Origin: Podarcis gaigeae
Taxonomy: Eukaryota
Reading direction: 5' to 3' (one strand)
NCBI GenBank assembly: GCA_964106915.2
Contig: OZ066914.1
Length of the DNA: 64,000 bases
A model generated the notes under the pieces. It was not told where the DNA came from. It made no database searches and was given only the letters and a program-made list of their open reading frames with translations. A program made the position numbers and the translations under genes. Positions 27,190-40,420 of this stretch are shown in pieces. How positions within the stretch are numbered: the stretch's first letter is position 1; each line of letters begins with the position of its first letter.

Positions 27190-30100
27190 ATGTAGGGGAA
27201 TTTGGGGGAATAACATGAGGATGTGACTTTTTTGCAGTTCAGTTGCTTATGTGTAAATGAGCAAAGGAAAGCAACCAAATAGCTTAAATTCTACAGCCTA
27301 CCTAATAGATTAGCACAGATGAGCTTCATATCCACGAAGAGGCAATTTTCTTTAAAAAATGTTTCCTTGTTTAAACTTTGTGTGAAGAGAGAGGAGAAAG
27401 GTGAGGGGTATGTCTGTCTGTCAGGGTCACCAGTAAAACCTGAGCTTGAGCAGCTGACACTCTCTCAAGAAAAAGAAGAGCAGGGAGAAAGGAATTGAAT
27501 GCTCTGCCACTCCTTCCCTGCTAGAGAGAACAATTAAGGAGGTTTTCCTGACCAGATACATGTCAGATGCTTTGTATGTGAGGCGGAGTTCCCTGTGTAA
27601 TGGAGAGCTAAGCCATCTGGATAGTAAAACAATGGCATTTGATAGAAAAAAGCTTTCTGAGCTAATATTTTCTTCACAGTTCAGTTCAAAAGGAACAAGG
27701 AAGTGGGAAGTTTAGGAGTGGGGGCTGTGTAGGTGGGGGAGAGATGGCGGGTGATTCTGAAGTTGGACTGGCTCAGAAAACCAGATGTCATTTTTTCTCT
27801 CTCTCTCTAAAAAAACAACCAGTTTGGCTTATTAGCCAGGAGAATCACTAATCTCTAGCCATAAAACAAAAATAATAATTAATTGCAAATCATCTATAGG
27901 AATTGTATGCAAGTCTTAGTTTCTGAAAGTAGAACCTTTCAGATCTAATCAAATTAAAACCAGAAGATCCCAGTAAAAATTAAATAACCATTATTTTGGA
28001 ACTAATAGCTAAGAAACAAAAGTGATTATATATGCACCTGAGGGTAGATACTGGTAGAAGTATTAAATTAGGTGAGAAAATATTATTAGAAGGTATGTAG
28101 CATGTTGCTGCATATTTATCAGAGGACAGGTCTTCTGTGGGTAACTATATTATTTGTTAACATTTGGTCAGCCTAAGTCATGGTCCACATTGCATTTTCA
28201 CAGCTGAAGCAGTAAGGTTTTCATCATTCTTTTTCATTGTAATCAAAGTATCACTGTAAATTAACATGCACCTCTAAACTATTGGGGTAGCAGTGGGGAA
28301 CAGGTTTCTAACCTTTCCTTTTCTCTGGCCCTGTCATTTCCTATTTGTAGATGAATTTTGAATATATGGAGGAACACTCAGTAATATGAGTCTCCATCTG
28401 CAATCTGAAATGCTACAGCCCAGACGGAGATTGACTGCCCCTAAGAACTAGGCCTAAATTGCATATGAGGTCTTCTATATGAAGGTCACAAAAGGGAAAC
28501 TAAATTTGCTCTGCAGCTTTAGTTGCAGCTAGCCTGTTGAAAGTGATTGTTTCTTTAATGGAAGGGAATTGCACTAGTCTTGCAAGATTTAGTCTTAATA
28601 AATGTAAATAATTTTAAAAATTGCCAGCTTGTATCCAGCCTGCTAATATTTTATTCTATGGACCACCCTGAGATCTTATGATGAAGGGTGGTATATAAAT
28701 CTTAATAATAATAATAATAATAATAACCCAGCCCATTTTCATGGACTGTTTTGCAGTTTAGTTTTGTATTTCTCAGACTAACCAGACTAACCCTTGGTCT
28801 TTCTGCTTGCCTTTTTAAACTACAGGGAATGCATTAGCTCTCCTCCAGTCTTCACAAACTATTCCAGCTCTCAATGGGTTCTCCGCTATATAATGTTTTG
28901 GCCTTTGAACTCTCACTGAACACAGCATGAACAGAGTTATTACTCTGCGTATGCCACCAAACGAGAAAGATCCCAACTGTTCTTTCCTTCATTAGGAATT
29001 GGGGTGGGGGATAAACCATGTTCGTAGGCCAACATACTGAAAGTACGTGAAAGTAATTTAAGTGAGCCTTTAAGGCTCTCGTTTAAAGCCTCAAAAACAA
29101 CAATTTATAAGAGAAATGCTGACAAGCCACATCTGTGGTATTATAATATAACCTGATAGCGAGATAAATGTTTCATGAATTAGGAAGTTGAAAAAGCTTC
29201 TCGGTTCAGCTTTGTTCTCCAGATTAAAGTGAAATATGTTGTCATCTTCTATCAACACTTGCATTTCAAATACTGCAGCTTCTAAAATTCTTTAAAAAGA
29301 TGGTACTTGACCAGACAGAAGGACTGTTTCCTCTACTTAGTACTGCAAGACTATTCAAATTCTAACCAAGACAGAAAGTTTAACAATGACAAAAACTGGG
29401 ATAAGAAACTGAGCAGTCAAGAAAAGCTTAGTACATTGAGCAACCCTATTCCCCAGACAGCATTTTAAAATGGAAAAGCAAACAAACATGCCATTTCCCC
29501 CAACTCCGCCAGATTCTCAGTCCATCCAGCCCAGCATATTGTCTGCTCCATTTGACAATGCTTCCCAAGGTCTCAAGCAGAGGTTTCTCCTAAACACAGT
29601 TCTTTCTTTTAAATGATTAAGAGTTATATAAGTTCTAACATGGTGAAGGCTAACATTCCTCCACCTGCTGTTCATCTATGTATATCTTATTTTTCCATAG
29701 CAGCAAATTATTCCTAGTCCTCCTCATCCCAATCCTAAAGAAAACATGCCATGGAAGTTGCAACATTATACACACTTATTGCACATCCCCAAAGCCTTTT
29801 GCAAAGTCCTACTGAACCTCATTTGCTTCTGAGTAAACATATAGAGGACTGCACTGGAAAGCACATAGAAGATGCCAGTAATTCTCCAGCTCTCTCCAGC
29901 ATTCTCTGCCAGCCTCTTGGGGGCAGTGAACTGAGGGGCTCCATAATTCTTAATAGTCAGACTTACATGTGGATATTTTTTGATGTGATGAAGAGAGTAA
30001 TACATAGCCAGGATTTTACTCATAGGCGTAAAGTTAAGTCCATGGTTTAACCTGCAGTTAAATGGTGAACACACTGGCAGAGCACATTAATGTATTACTT

Positions 30101-31559
30101 CCATATGCATATTATCAGTGGTTTGGAAACTGCATATCAGACTGTTAGATCAAATCCATACAACTGCGATCTAGCAAATGTATCAACATTAATAATAAAA
30201 ACCAAATTAAGAGTTATTTTTTAAAATAAAACTTTAATTATGAATGTCAAATTTGCTAGAACTCCAATGTGTGTCTGTGACATTTTGTATGCCTACCCAC
30301 TGTTTCAAGCTGAACTAATGGACCAGAGCACGGTAGAATGTTCTTATGTTAAAATATCCTTGTATATAAATAACTAGCATATCAGGGAGACACTAGGATA
30401 GGAACATGTTTGCTGGGTTTTGTTTTGTTTTGAAAGCTGTTTTCTGTTGAGGAGCATTCAGTAATGTGAACCCCCACACTCTAAAGTGTCACAGCTCAGA
30501 CAACGGGCTGACCTCTTCCACCGCAGCTAAGCCCAAACTGCTTGCCTTCATATACATCTGTTTCTTGACATTCTTATTTCCATTTGCTAATAACTTTATA
30601 ATTTCAAATATTATTTCTGTGTAAAATATTACACAACATTTTGGGTGGCTGACAATTCAGAGATTGACAGGAAAATACAAAAGGACTATTCATTGTTAGA
30701 AAAATAGTCTCATTGATACAGGTTAAGGAACAGAGGGCTCCTTAACAATAGCTAAAGCCCTTATTAGATCATATAAATAACCAAGCCAGCCTGCAAAAGA
30801 TTGATCATAGCTTTTAAACATTTGCAAAATCTGTGTTTAATTAAAATCATTTTAATATGCAAATGAATCCTAATCACTCTCATTTTTTAATGTTAGTCCG
30901 CCTGCGGGGGTCCTAAACAGCTCTAAATAGCTTCAGCTGTGAATATGTTTAATAGAATCACATTTGTTACTGCAGAGGAAACATTTCAGCTATGCGTGTA
31001 CTAAAGCTCTCAAAACTGCTTTTGTGTCTACAATTTAGCCATGAAGGTCAAAAAAGTGTGCAGTGAAGCATAAATCTAGATCTAGGCGCCCCTTCGTACA
31101 TTTTTATACAGGGTAATAATTAAAACACTTTTCAATGCAAGCAAAACCTCTGGGGGCTTCTTTTGAGGAACAATCTGCCCTATGTGCTTGTAAATACTGG
31201 TCTATAATATAGAAAACCGACAATAAGAAACTGATATCATGTCATCCTTTCTCTCAAACATTCCATCTTTGCAAATATAAGAATATTAGCTGAAAGTTTT
31301 AGAAACAGAGGCACCATATCTGAAACAAAGTGCAAGTATCCACTTTTCTTTTCTCTTAAGCAGAATAGGCCTAGTAGACTAACAGAAATGAAATAAGAAC
31401 GGACTTCCAGGTCAACCACCCACATGGCAAGCCATTTCGTTTGACAATCCAAGAACAGGTTGTGACAGCAACACACCCTCAAACCCGCTGATGGTATTGG
31501 GGGTGTGGAGAAGATCCACAAGCTCACTGGAAGCCTCTCCTTGCCACAGATGGTTTCTG

Positions 31560-32193
31560 GTTTTGAAAAGGTTTTGCTTGAAGGAAGAGAAAATTTGATT
31601 TCAAAAATGTGTAAACTGTTACTAGAGTGGGAAATGATCGATTAACTGGTTAAATCAGCAATGATACAATGATACAATCTAGGATATAATATAGAAATGG
31701 ATGCATGGGAGAAGTTGTGGAAAACTGACATGAAATTTACTGCCTGTTGTCCTTTAAAATAAAATTATATGAAAATGATGTATTGATGGTATCTAACACC
31801 TAACAAATTGGCTAAAATGTATAAGAAGGTTAGAAATAATTAATGGAATTGCAAACAGGTCGATGGAACTTTGTTTCATATGGGGTGGTCCTGTAAGAAA
31901 GTGAGAGCATTCTGGGAAATGATATATGATGAGATGAAAAATATGTATAAACTGCTTATACAAAAAACCCCACAAAAAACAGAAGCCTTCCTCTTAGGGA
32001 TTATTGGGAAAGAAGTTCCAGAAAAAGAGTGGCTTATGTTATGGAACAACAGTGGCTAGGATTCTTTATATAAGTTCCAAAGAAGAATGGATAAGGAAGG
32101 TGATAGACTGCGCTGAACTGGCAAAATGAGAGATTCTAATGATGATTGCTTTGTGGAACAATGGAAACCCTTTTCGGACTATTTAAGGAAATA
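31560..32193 (+). mobile_element. Degraded L1-clade ORF2 C-terminal fragment
   Basis: Translates (with stops) as ...LVKSAMI..WEKLWKTDMKFTAC..MKMMY*WYLTPNKLAKMY...FWEMIYDEMK..EAFLLGI, collinear with the ORF at 51137-52615. Confidence 0.85.
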
Positions 32194-32546
32194 GTGATGC
32201 AGGTGGCACTGTGGGTTAAACCACAGAGCCTAGGACAAGCTGATCAGAAGGTCAGCAGTTCAAATCCCCGCGACGGGGTGAGCTCCTGTTGCTCGGTCCC
32301 AGCTCCTGCCAACCTAGCAGTTTGAAAGTACGTTGAAGTGCAAGTAGATAAATAGGTACCACACCGGCGGGAAGGTAAATGGTGTTTCTGTGTGTTGCTC
32401 TGGTTCGCCAGAAGCGGCTTAGTCATGCTGGCCACATGACCCAGAAGCTGTACGCCGGCTCCCTCGGCCAGCAAAGCGAGATGAGTGCCGCAACCCCAGA
32501 GTCGGTCACAGCTGGACCTAATGGTCAGGGGTCCCTTTACCTTTTT
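32194..32546 (+). mobile_element. Sauria SINE, full length
   Basis: Same head, body and tail as the copy at 24035. Confidence 0.92.
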
Positions 32547-33429
32547 TAATGATGATTGCTTTGTGTGGGAAGAGCAGGGAGCACACAAGACCAGGTCACT
32601 TGTTTAGCATTATATGTGAAAGTGGCCAGTGGATGATCCTTGCACCTTCACAGACATAATATACAAGTCTTGCCTCTAAGAGCCACAGGTTAAAGAAATA
32701 GACAAGGAGTATACCAAAGCCAAACATCCCACAAGAATGCGCTTGAGTGCTCTCTTCTGCCACACTATAAATAATACTCTCATTAAAATTTTGCCTTGGA
32801 TGAAAGGCAAGTCCATTAGCCTGGCAGCTAATTTTTACTGGCTCCTGAGATGTATGCATATTAAAAATGCAGCTTTTGTAATTGCCAGACATCAACTACC
32901 TAGTCAACGCTCCTCTTGGAGTTTTTAATTATTTACTTCATTTGCATATACATTCCAATTTATGATCACTGTTTAGTTATCAAGGGATCTTTTTGGTAAT
33001 TTCTCTTTTGAATTCTATTTATCCCTTTGGCATCCTTGGCAAATGTTCTGAGACCGCTTTACCCCAGCACTAAATAACACCAGGCAATATGTGCTCCTAA
33101 CCCTTATAGCACATTTCATCATAGATACTATTCACCTCTATTAAATGTGTGCTATAACCATGGCTAGTTCAGCATTAGTTACATTCTGAAAAAACTTCCT
33201 TCAAATTCATATTTCCTTCTCCCCTCAAAACGCCATTTCCACATACATAACTGTGTTGGCACACTCCTCCCATTTTCTTCAGCTTTACTTTCTATTGGTG
33301 GGACAGAACTATAGAGCTCTGACTTAATTTCATGTAAATAAAAACTGAGGGCAGCTGGGATGGTCCCGCTCCAGCAACCAACTGCAGAAATGTTAGAGAG
33401 GGAAAGTAAAACATTTTTTTTATAAGATT

Positions 33430-33687
33430 TGTTAAGTTGTGGGTGAACATATCAGACGACACAGCGATTCTTCAAACAGCTCTTGTTTATTCACAGGCCA
33501 GAACTGAACTGAACTGAAGGGTTCAGCCAAACTGCTTATATAGAGCTCCACTAGAACGCAACAGTAACCATTTTCTGTAACTATCCAATCACTGAACGTC
33601 ACTTCCGATCCCTTATTTGCATATGTGGACCTGAACTATCTACAGTATCCCCCTGCTGGCCCAGGGTGAGAACTTCAGTACATAACG
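33430..33687 (-). mobile_element. Solo LTR (258 bp)
   Basis: Termini TGTTAAG...CATAAC(G), 5-bp TSD agatt; inverted copy of 54246-54502. Confidence 0.85.
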
Positions 33688-34064
33688 AGATTAGCAACAT
33701 TTGCAGGCGGGGGTAGGATGAGAAGGGTTTCAGCTATATTTGCAAGGAATGAGCTTTGCCAAAGGAACGACCTTATTATATCAGAGTTGCTAGATCTGAC
33801 TCAGACATCTCTTTCTGTTGAAGCATCCATTGTACACATTATAACCTGTCAGTAACAAAGCCTCAATAGCATCTTCACATAGGTAACCCTACCTCCAGAA
33901 TATACAGTAAGAATTTTCCTGTTAAATGTTTAAATTGCATTTGAACCTCTCTCAAGGAAATGCAAAAGTACTTGCAATTCTGAATGCATATTCTAAAAGC
34001 ACATTCTAGCTAATCCCAGAGAGAAAGCCAGTGTTAGACTCACATAGCCAAAACAAGAAATGGC

Positions 34065-34200
34065 CTTGCAGCATCTTAAAGACTAACATGTTTATTGTGG
34101 CATAAGCTTTTATAGACTTGAGTCTACTTCATAAGACACATGATGAAGGGGATGCCCATGAAAAATTATGCCAAAATAAATTTGTTCATCTGTAAGGACC
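34065..34200. mobile_element. Penelope-like terminal remnant, inverted-duplicated
   Basis: Arms cttaaagactaacatgtttattgtggcataagcttt / aaaaattatgccaaaataaatttgttcatctgtaagg are imperfect reverse complements and resemble reptile Penelope pseudo-LTR ends. Confidence 0.6.
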
Positions 34201-34848
34201 TAGATGACTCAAGCTCTGACAGGTTTTAAATCCAAACGTGAGAGATTATGGACCCCATGTATAACTAATGTGAAGCAGAAATGTTATATTAATATTAATG
34301 CCTATAGAGTCTCAGTGTTGGTGTCAATTACTTTTGCATTTTAAGAATTTTGCATTGGAAACATGATTACTTAAGTATACATTTTTATTTTTCAGAAATG
34401 AGGATAATGTTAGAACAAATATTTTGTGACATCTTAATATGAATGAGTAATGACTACTGATATATGGATATTTTTGTATGCTTCGTATACTTATATAAGC
34501 ATGTTTTACATTCAGACCACTAATCAATTCAGGGAGGAGGAGGAGAGACACCCCCTCACCCCACAAAGCCTCTTTTGAGTCTCATGTGACAGGATTTCAC
34601 TGGGACCATATTTTAGTCCAACCCCCACAATGCAGGAATACAAACAGACTTTTGGGACCTGAGCATGTAATTCTCATGGGAATGAAACCAAAAATGACAA
34701 ACCCATGTGAAGTTTCCTCCCTCTTCCCACAGATATTATGATGTCATTATATAGTATGCTTCTCTTTTTCTATTCAGGCTAGGGGGGAAAAGAGCATATG
34801 ATTTTATCACAAGTTTGACTAAATATTGTTGGAAAGAGTGGACAAGAT

Positions 34849-34887
<39 letters not shown>
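34849..34887. repeat. (GAT)n microsatellite
   Basis: Read directly from the sequence. Confidence 0.95.
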
Positions 34888-36689
34888 GTAACCCTGTGTC
34901 AAGTGTTAGTTCCACACCTATGAGATGGCTGCAATGTACTTGTTACAAAATGAGTTCTAATCAAGTCAGTATTACATTATCCTAAAGTTGATATTTTTAA
35001 TGAAGTATCCTTTGTATTCTGCACCTGCCCCAATGAACCTCACACTTCTATCCTACAGTCTAACTTGAGAATTAAAGTAGCATAACATGAACTGGGGCAT
35101 GTGTACAGCTTCCACAATTTATACGTTAAATGTGCTCCTAAGGTGAAGAATATTGATCTCGCTCTCCTGATTGACCTGTGCAGCAACCCCCTTCTCCCAG
35201 TTTACAGCTTGTAGCCCCACAGAAAGATTCTTCGATGACTACATGTCATCCCAACAGCAATGTTTCTTGAAAAAAATATTTTTCCCCTGCTTCTTAAGAA
35301 AGAGTTATAGTCTTTGACAAATACTTCCTTGGCCTGTCATTGACATTCAGCTCCCAGCTCTAACAACAATAGAAGAGATTGATTTGTAAACCCCATTATA
35401 TTTGTATTCCCTCCCTTTGGTACTTATGGAGACTTTCCGTAGGAAGGAGACTGAAGAGTAAATGTGGGCAGAGCAAATGTATCTTGCCTGGCAGGTAGAA
35501 AATTGATTACCAATTCCCATCTCAAACTTCCCCAGGGATTTCTCCAGATAGTCCCCAGCTGGAAGCCTGAGTGGGTGGCATGAATAGCGAAGGTACACCA
35601 GAGATCATAAATCAATCACTGTTATACAACCTGCAATTAGATAACAAAGTTTTGTCTACAGAAATATAGTGCTTTTCTTGGTTCTTTCTGAGATTCCCCC
35701 CCTCCTCAATTGCTCTACACAGCATCCCCTTTCTATGCCTATTGGTAAGGAATTACCAGTGCCACACACTGGAAATGGAATATGGAAAGAAACCTGGAAT
35801 CAGACTGGGTCTTTTAAAAAATAGAACTCAATTATTAACAATAGTAATAAGCTTCAAATCTATCTCTAAGTTGCATCTGTTGTGTGGGATAAAAATAACT
35901 CCTAAACCCCCTTCTGTTGGCACAGCAATCCTGCTTTACTGGCAGAAAAGAGACATAAGTGTAGCAAATTCCACCAGCTGGCAGGAGTCTAAGGACTGCT
36001 GTTTAAGCACAGGATTGTGAGTGCTGTAGATCACAAGTCATGTTACCACTGGTGTAGTGGCCACAAGTTGTATGGGTTCATACTATTGCCCTGATAATAT
36101 TGAAAGAAATTCATATTTGAATAAAACATCCCATGAGCAATATACTGACAAACAGTTTTTTGTTTGTTTTTAAAAGAAAACAGGTCCCCTGAAGGAGGAG
36201 GTAGAAAAACCATTCCTTAATCATTTCTCTCTGGAGCAGGAAGATCTGAATACATGGTACTGTGATTATAAACCAGCTGCAAATGTCCCCCTTCTCTGCA
36301 AATTTATTGAGCATGTAGCCAGCAGCCAGATCCAGGTGCTCTTGGATGAGGCTGATTTCCTGAATCCCTTTTAACTGGGATCTTGAGTGCATTTTCTTTA
36401 CATTTTATGGGCAATATGCGCAATCTGCACTTCCTGAACTGCTTCTGCTCTGCTTCCTGATCTAACAAAGGCCCTCAGTATACCTGCCCTGCTGATCTGC
36501 TGGAAGAAGGGGTGGAGCGTCACTAAAGATTATGGCAGTCCAAGCTGCTTTTCACCACTGAGCTGCTCCCCAGCAAACTGAGCAATGCAGAGTTTCAAAA
36601 CTTCCTTATCACTCCCATAATTCTGATGGAAATTGCCTCCCACCCCACCCTAAAACTTAGAAAGAAGCTTAAAGCAGCATGGGGTCAAT

Positions 36690-36834
36690 CAGGGTGCCAA
36701 CTTGACTAAAATATTGGCAGGTAAACCCCAGATTACAAGATGCAGCACACACACACCCTTTGAATGCCAACACCCATCAAATATTTTATTGAGGACGCCA
36801 AAGGCACCTCAGCCCCAGGAAGTAGGCTCCTATG
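36690..36834. mobile_element. hAT-type MITE
   Basis: TIRs CAGGGTGCCAACTT / AAGTAGGCTCCTATG; TSD gggtcaat/tggtcaat. Confidence 0.65.
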
Positions 36835-37421
36835 TGGTCAATCATCATAGGAATTCAGAGTAATCACACAATTAACATTCAGATAGATACACACACAAAA
36901 GCTTGTATTTAGGAATATCAACTCACTTATCCACTTGCATTATGAGGAAATTATATATACAGATACATGTAATTATTTTATTTGTTTTTGAAAATTAGTT
37001 ATAAAAAATAAATTGCAATTATTTTAATAAGTCCCACACAGTCTTAAAAAACAATTCTTATTGCTAAAGTCAGCAGCAGTTTATCTACTTTAATAAGAAC
37101 AGTAATTAGCATCACTAAACAATGCCATTAGGAAGGACAGCTTGATGCTATTTTCTGAGTTTATGCCTTTCAGATAATCTAAGGAAGCAGCACACATTTT
37201 TAAATGAATGTTCTAAATTAAATTTGGATCAGTCATACCATAGTTAGCTTCTTTACAAGGATACACTGATAATATATGTTTAGTCTTTGATGGTAAACAT
37301 GGAGTCTGTCTACTCCTCCCAAGGCCATGGAGGACACTGCCTTCCATATTCCATGGCTCTTGCAGTCCTGCTCCGACATTCCACAGGGTTTAAAAAGCCT
37401 CTGAGATGCTGTACAAAGAAA

Positions 37422-37472
37422 TTGTTGGAGTGCTAAGAGCATTTTATTGTTGGAGTGCTAAGAGCATTTTAT
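37422..37472. repeat. Short tandem duplication (ttgttggagtgctaagagcatttta)x2
   Basis: Read directly from the sequence. Confidence 0.85.
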
Positions 37473-39599
37473 TAAGCTAGCTAGTTTTCCAAAAAGTCCA
37501 GGGGGTCGTCCCTAGGTGGTCTTGGATCCAGGCAGATTACTAGGCCAAGCCTGCATAGTTTAGCAGGTACAGTGATTAGTTTCTAGTCCTAGTTCTAAAC
37601 CTAAGAAATTTAGGAAGCAAAAAGGAAAAGTAGCCTTTCTAGGCAATTTCTGTGAGATGAACTGCCCTGGCTACTCCTGGCTTTCAGCCAATGAGTGAAG
37701 TGAGATATACGATTCATAGGAATCCTGGGGTCCTCTTTTACTGTACCTTTCTGCTTTTCTCTCATTGTCTATTCTTACCCCATCTTTATGGGATTCAGTA
37801 ACATGAAGAGTTGTGCTTGGCTTCCTCTCTGATTGATTTTAAATGAGTTCTGAATATCTTGATCTGCTTTTTAATTAAGGCTTGCATCCTGAAAGTTGCA
37901 GTTTCAACTGTTGCTATTATTTTATTTATTTTTGTTTCCTACTGTTTTGGTGAATTGCATTTTCTACAGTTGTTGTTTTCTTATTTTGTTTGTTTGTGAA
38001 GCAACTTGGCAGATTTTTGGGGTGGGTGTGCCAATTTCAGTGAGTCTACGCTGAGTTTGACTAATGTCTGATAACCCAATGATGAAATACTGCACGAAAA
38101 GGAATCATGGCACAATTGTATGCATCAAGATTCCCTTTTTCCGCTTTGCTTCATCAAGGCATGATGTGTCTCTGCACATCAGCAATCTGTATTGGGGGAA
38201 AGTTATAAATAAAGAGAAGAAACTGAAAAGGGCAGCAGGCTGCACATTTTTAAATTTGTACAAAGCCAACAGATCAAAACCCAAAGAATGGTGGATTGCT
38301 AACTCATTGGAATAATTCCACAATCAAGACTAGTTAATTGGGGATTCCAAAATCCATGGAGAAATTTGGATGTGGGGAATTCTGTAAGCATCTATCTCTA
38401 CTTCAGACCATTATCTGGGCCCAAGCAGAGACCCAGGAATTTTTCAACTCCAGCAGTTAGATTATGAATCTTAAAAACAGCTGTGAATATTTTTCAGGGG
38501 TAGGGACATGCTATTTCTGATATAACAACCCCAAATAAGAAGAAGTCATCAATAAGGATGAAAACATAAGATAATACACATGTCAATGAAGTCCTTGACA
38601 TATATATTATCCTTATCTTATCTCATCTTCCAAAGACAACTTTGGAAGGGAAGAATCTACCAGAGTGTAACATCACACTAGCTACTCTCTGACTTGTGGC
38701 CCACTGTGCCAATGGACACCTCTCCAAGAGGTGCACAGTTGTGCATAATGCACTCTCTTTCTCCGAAGTGACATTAGTCTGACAGTTTACTTGAAAGCTG
38801 TGTGAGGATTGCTCCTGCTTTCCCGCGTCTCTGCCTCACAAAATGGTCCAAGGATGCCTTTAATGGCATGCAGCTGGCAACACTGGGACAGGATCACAGT
38901 CAATTTGAGAGAAGCCTTAGTGGCAATTGCTGGCACCATGCTCTTCTATGTGTGGCTAAATGGCTGTTCCTGCATTGTTGCTTTTCATCTGGTAGTCTTT
39001 AACGGGCCACTCCCACTCAGACACATGTACTGGGTATTTCTTGCCTTAACATTAAGGGAAATAATGTTTTCCCTGTTCACTGACTCAGTGAACTTGTTTT
39101 ATTTTACCAGATGAAAATTGACAATGCATATTAGCAATATGAAAATGACATGTTTTTTTCATCAACAGAATGAATTTTGTCATGGGGAAAGGGAGACTGC
39201 TTAGCTAATCTTCACTTTTGAGTTGAAAATCTATATATAAGGTAATCTCTAATAAGAAAAAACAGTAATTTGGATTACATTTTATTGCACTATTTTCAGT
39301 TCTATCTCATTATCTAAAGTCTACTAACTGTGTTTTTAACAGTTTTGGACAAAATAAAATGACAGACGATTTTAAGTCAATTACAATGCAGAGATGAAGT
39401 AAAATATATAAAGATGCACATTATCAATGAAAGGGTTTAAGAATTGTTTCACATAATGCTCATTTTTACCAGTCTTTGTGGAGCATGTTGCACTAATAAC
39501 ATCTGCAGGTTGCAGATAATTGAATGAAGAGAGGAAGGCAAGGTTGGGGGGATAAATTGCTAAAATATAAAGAATGGGGGAAATCATACTGCAGCCCCC

Positions 39600-40420
39600 A
39601 AGTAGCTTGTTTATATATTATTTCATAAAATTTATACACCACTTGACTGTAAAAACACACACTCTTAAAGCTGTTTACACAAAGATAAAACAATAAAATC
39701 AAGAAAATATTACAATACTTTAAAATATACACATTAAAATATTAAAACAGATTAAAATTCACATAAGCGTTTCTAAGCAACTGGGTAGGCTTGCCTCAAC
39801 AAGAGTGTTTTTAGCAGGCAGAGAAAGGAATAGGCAAAGACTTTCAGAGTGTAGGCACTGGCACAGTTCTTACAAATGTGGAACAGGTACTATGTGGCAC
39901 CTGTAGTAGTGCCAATTTCGCCGACTGAAGCAGTTGACTGCACATGTGGAGTAAGGCGATCTCATAGGTAAACTGGTTATTAAGTTATTAAGTTATTAAG
40001 GATTTAGTATACAGTTGTACCTTGGTTGCCGAACGCCTTGGATCTTGTATGTTTCAGCTCCTGAACGATCGAAAACCGGGTGTTTACACAAAGATAAAAC
40101 AATAAAATCAAGAAAATATTACAATACTTTAAAACATACACATTAAAATATTAAAACAGATTAAAATTCACATAAGCGTTTCTAAGCAACTGGGTAGGCT
40201 TGCCTCAACAAGAGTGTTTTCAAATGATTTTCAGAAGCCAAATGTCCAGCACGGCTTCCAACTGGCCTATCAGAAGCTGCACCTTAGTTTTCGAACAGTT
40301 TTGGGAGTCAGACTCCCGGAAACATGCTGTTCGAGAACCAAGGTACGACTGTACTAATAGCAGCAGCTTGAATTTGGCCCTGTAGCAGACTGGCACCCTG
40401 CACAGATTTTTGAGCACAGG
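39600..40420 (-). mobile_element. Degraded L2-type LINE 3' fragment hosting a Tigger-like MITE
   Basis: L2-like minus-strand sequence runs on across the MITE (gatttagtata|ctaatagcagcagcttgaatttggccc). Confidence 0.55.
40012..40351. mobile_element. Tc1/mariner (Tigger-like) MITE containing a 140-bp copy of nearby DNA
   Basis: TIRs CAGTTGTACCTTGGTT / AACCAAGGTACGACTG with a TA TSD; 40081-40220 duplicates 39672-39811. Confidence 0.85.
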
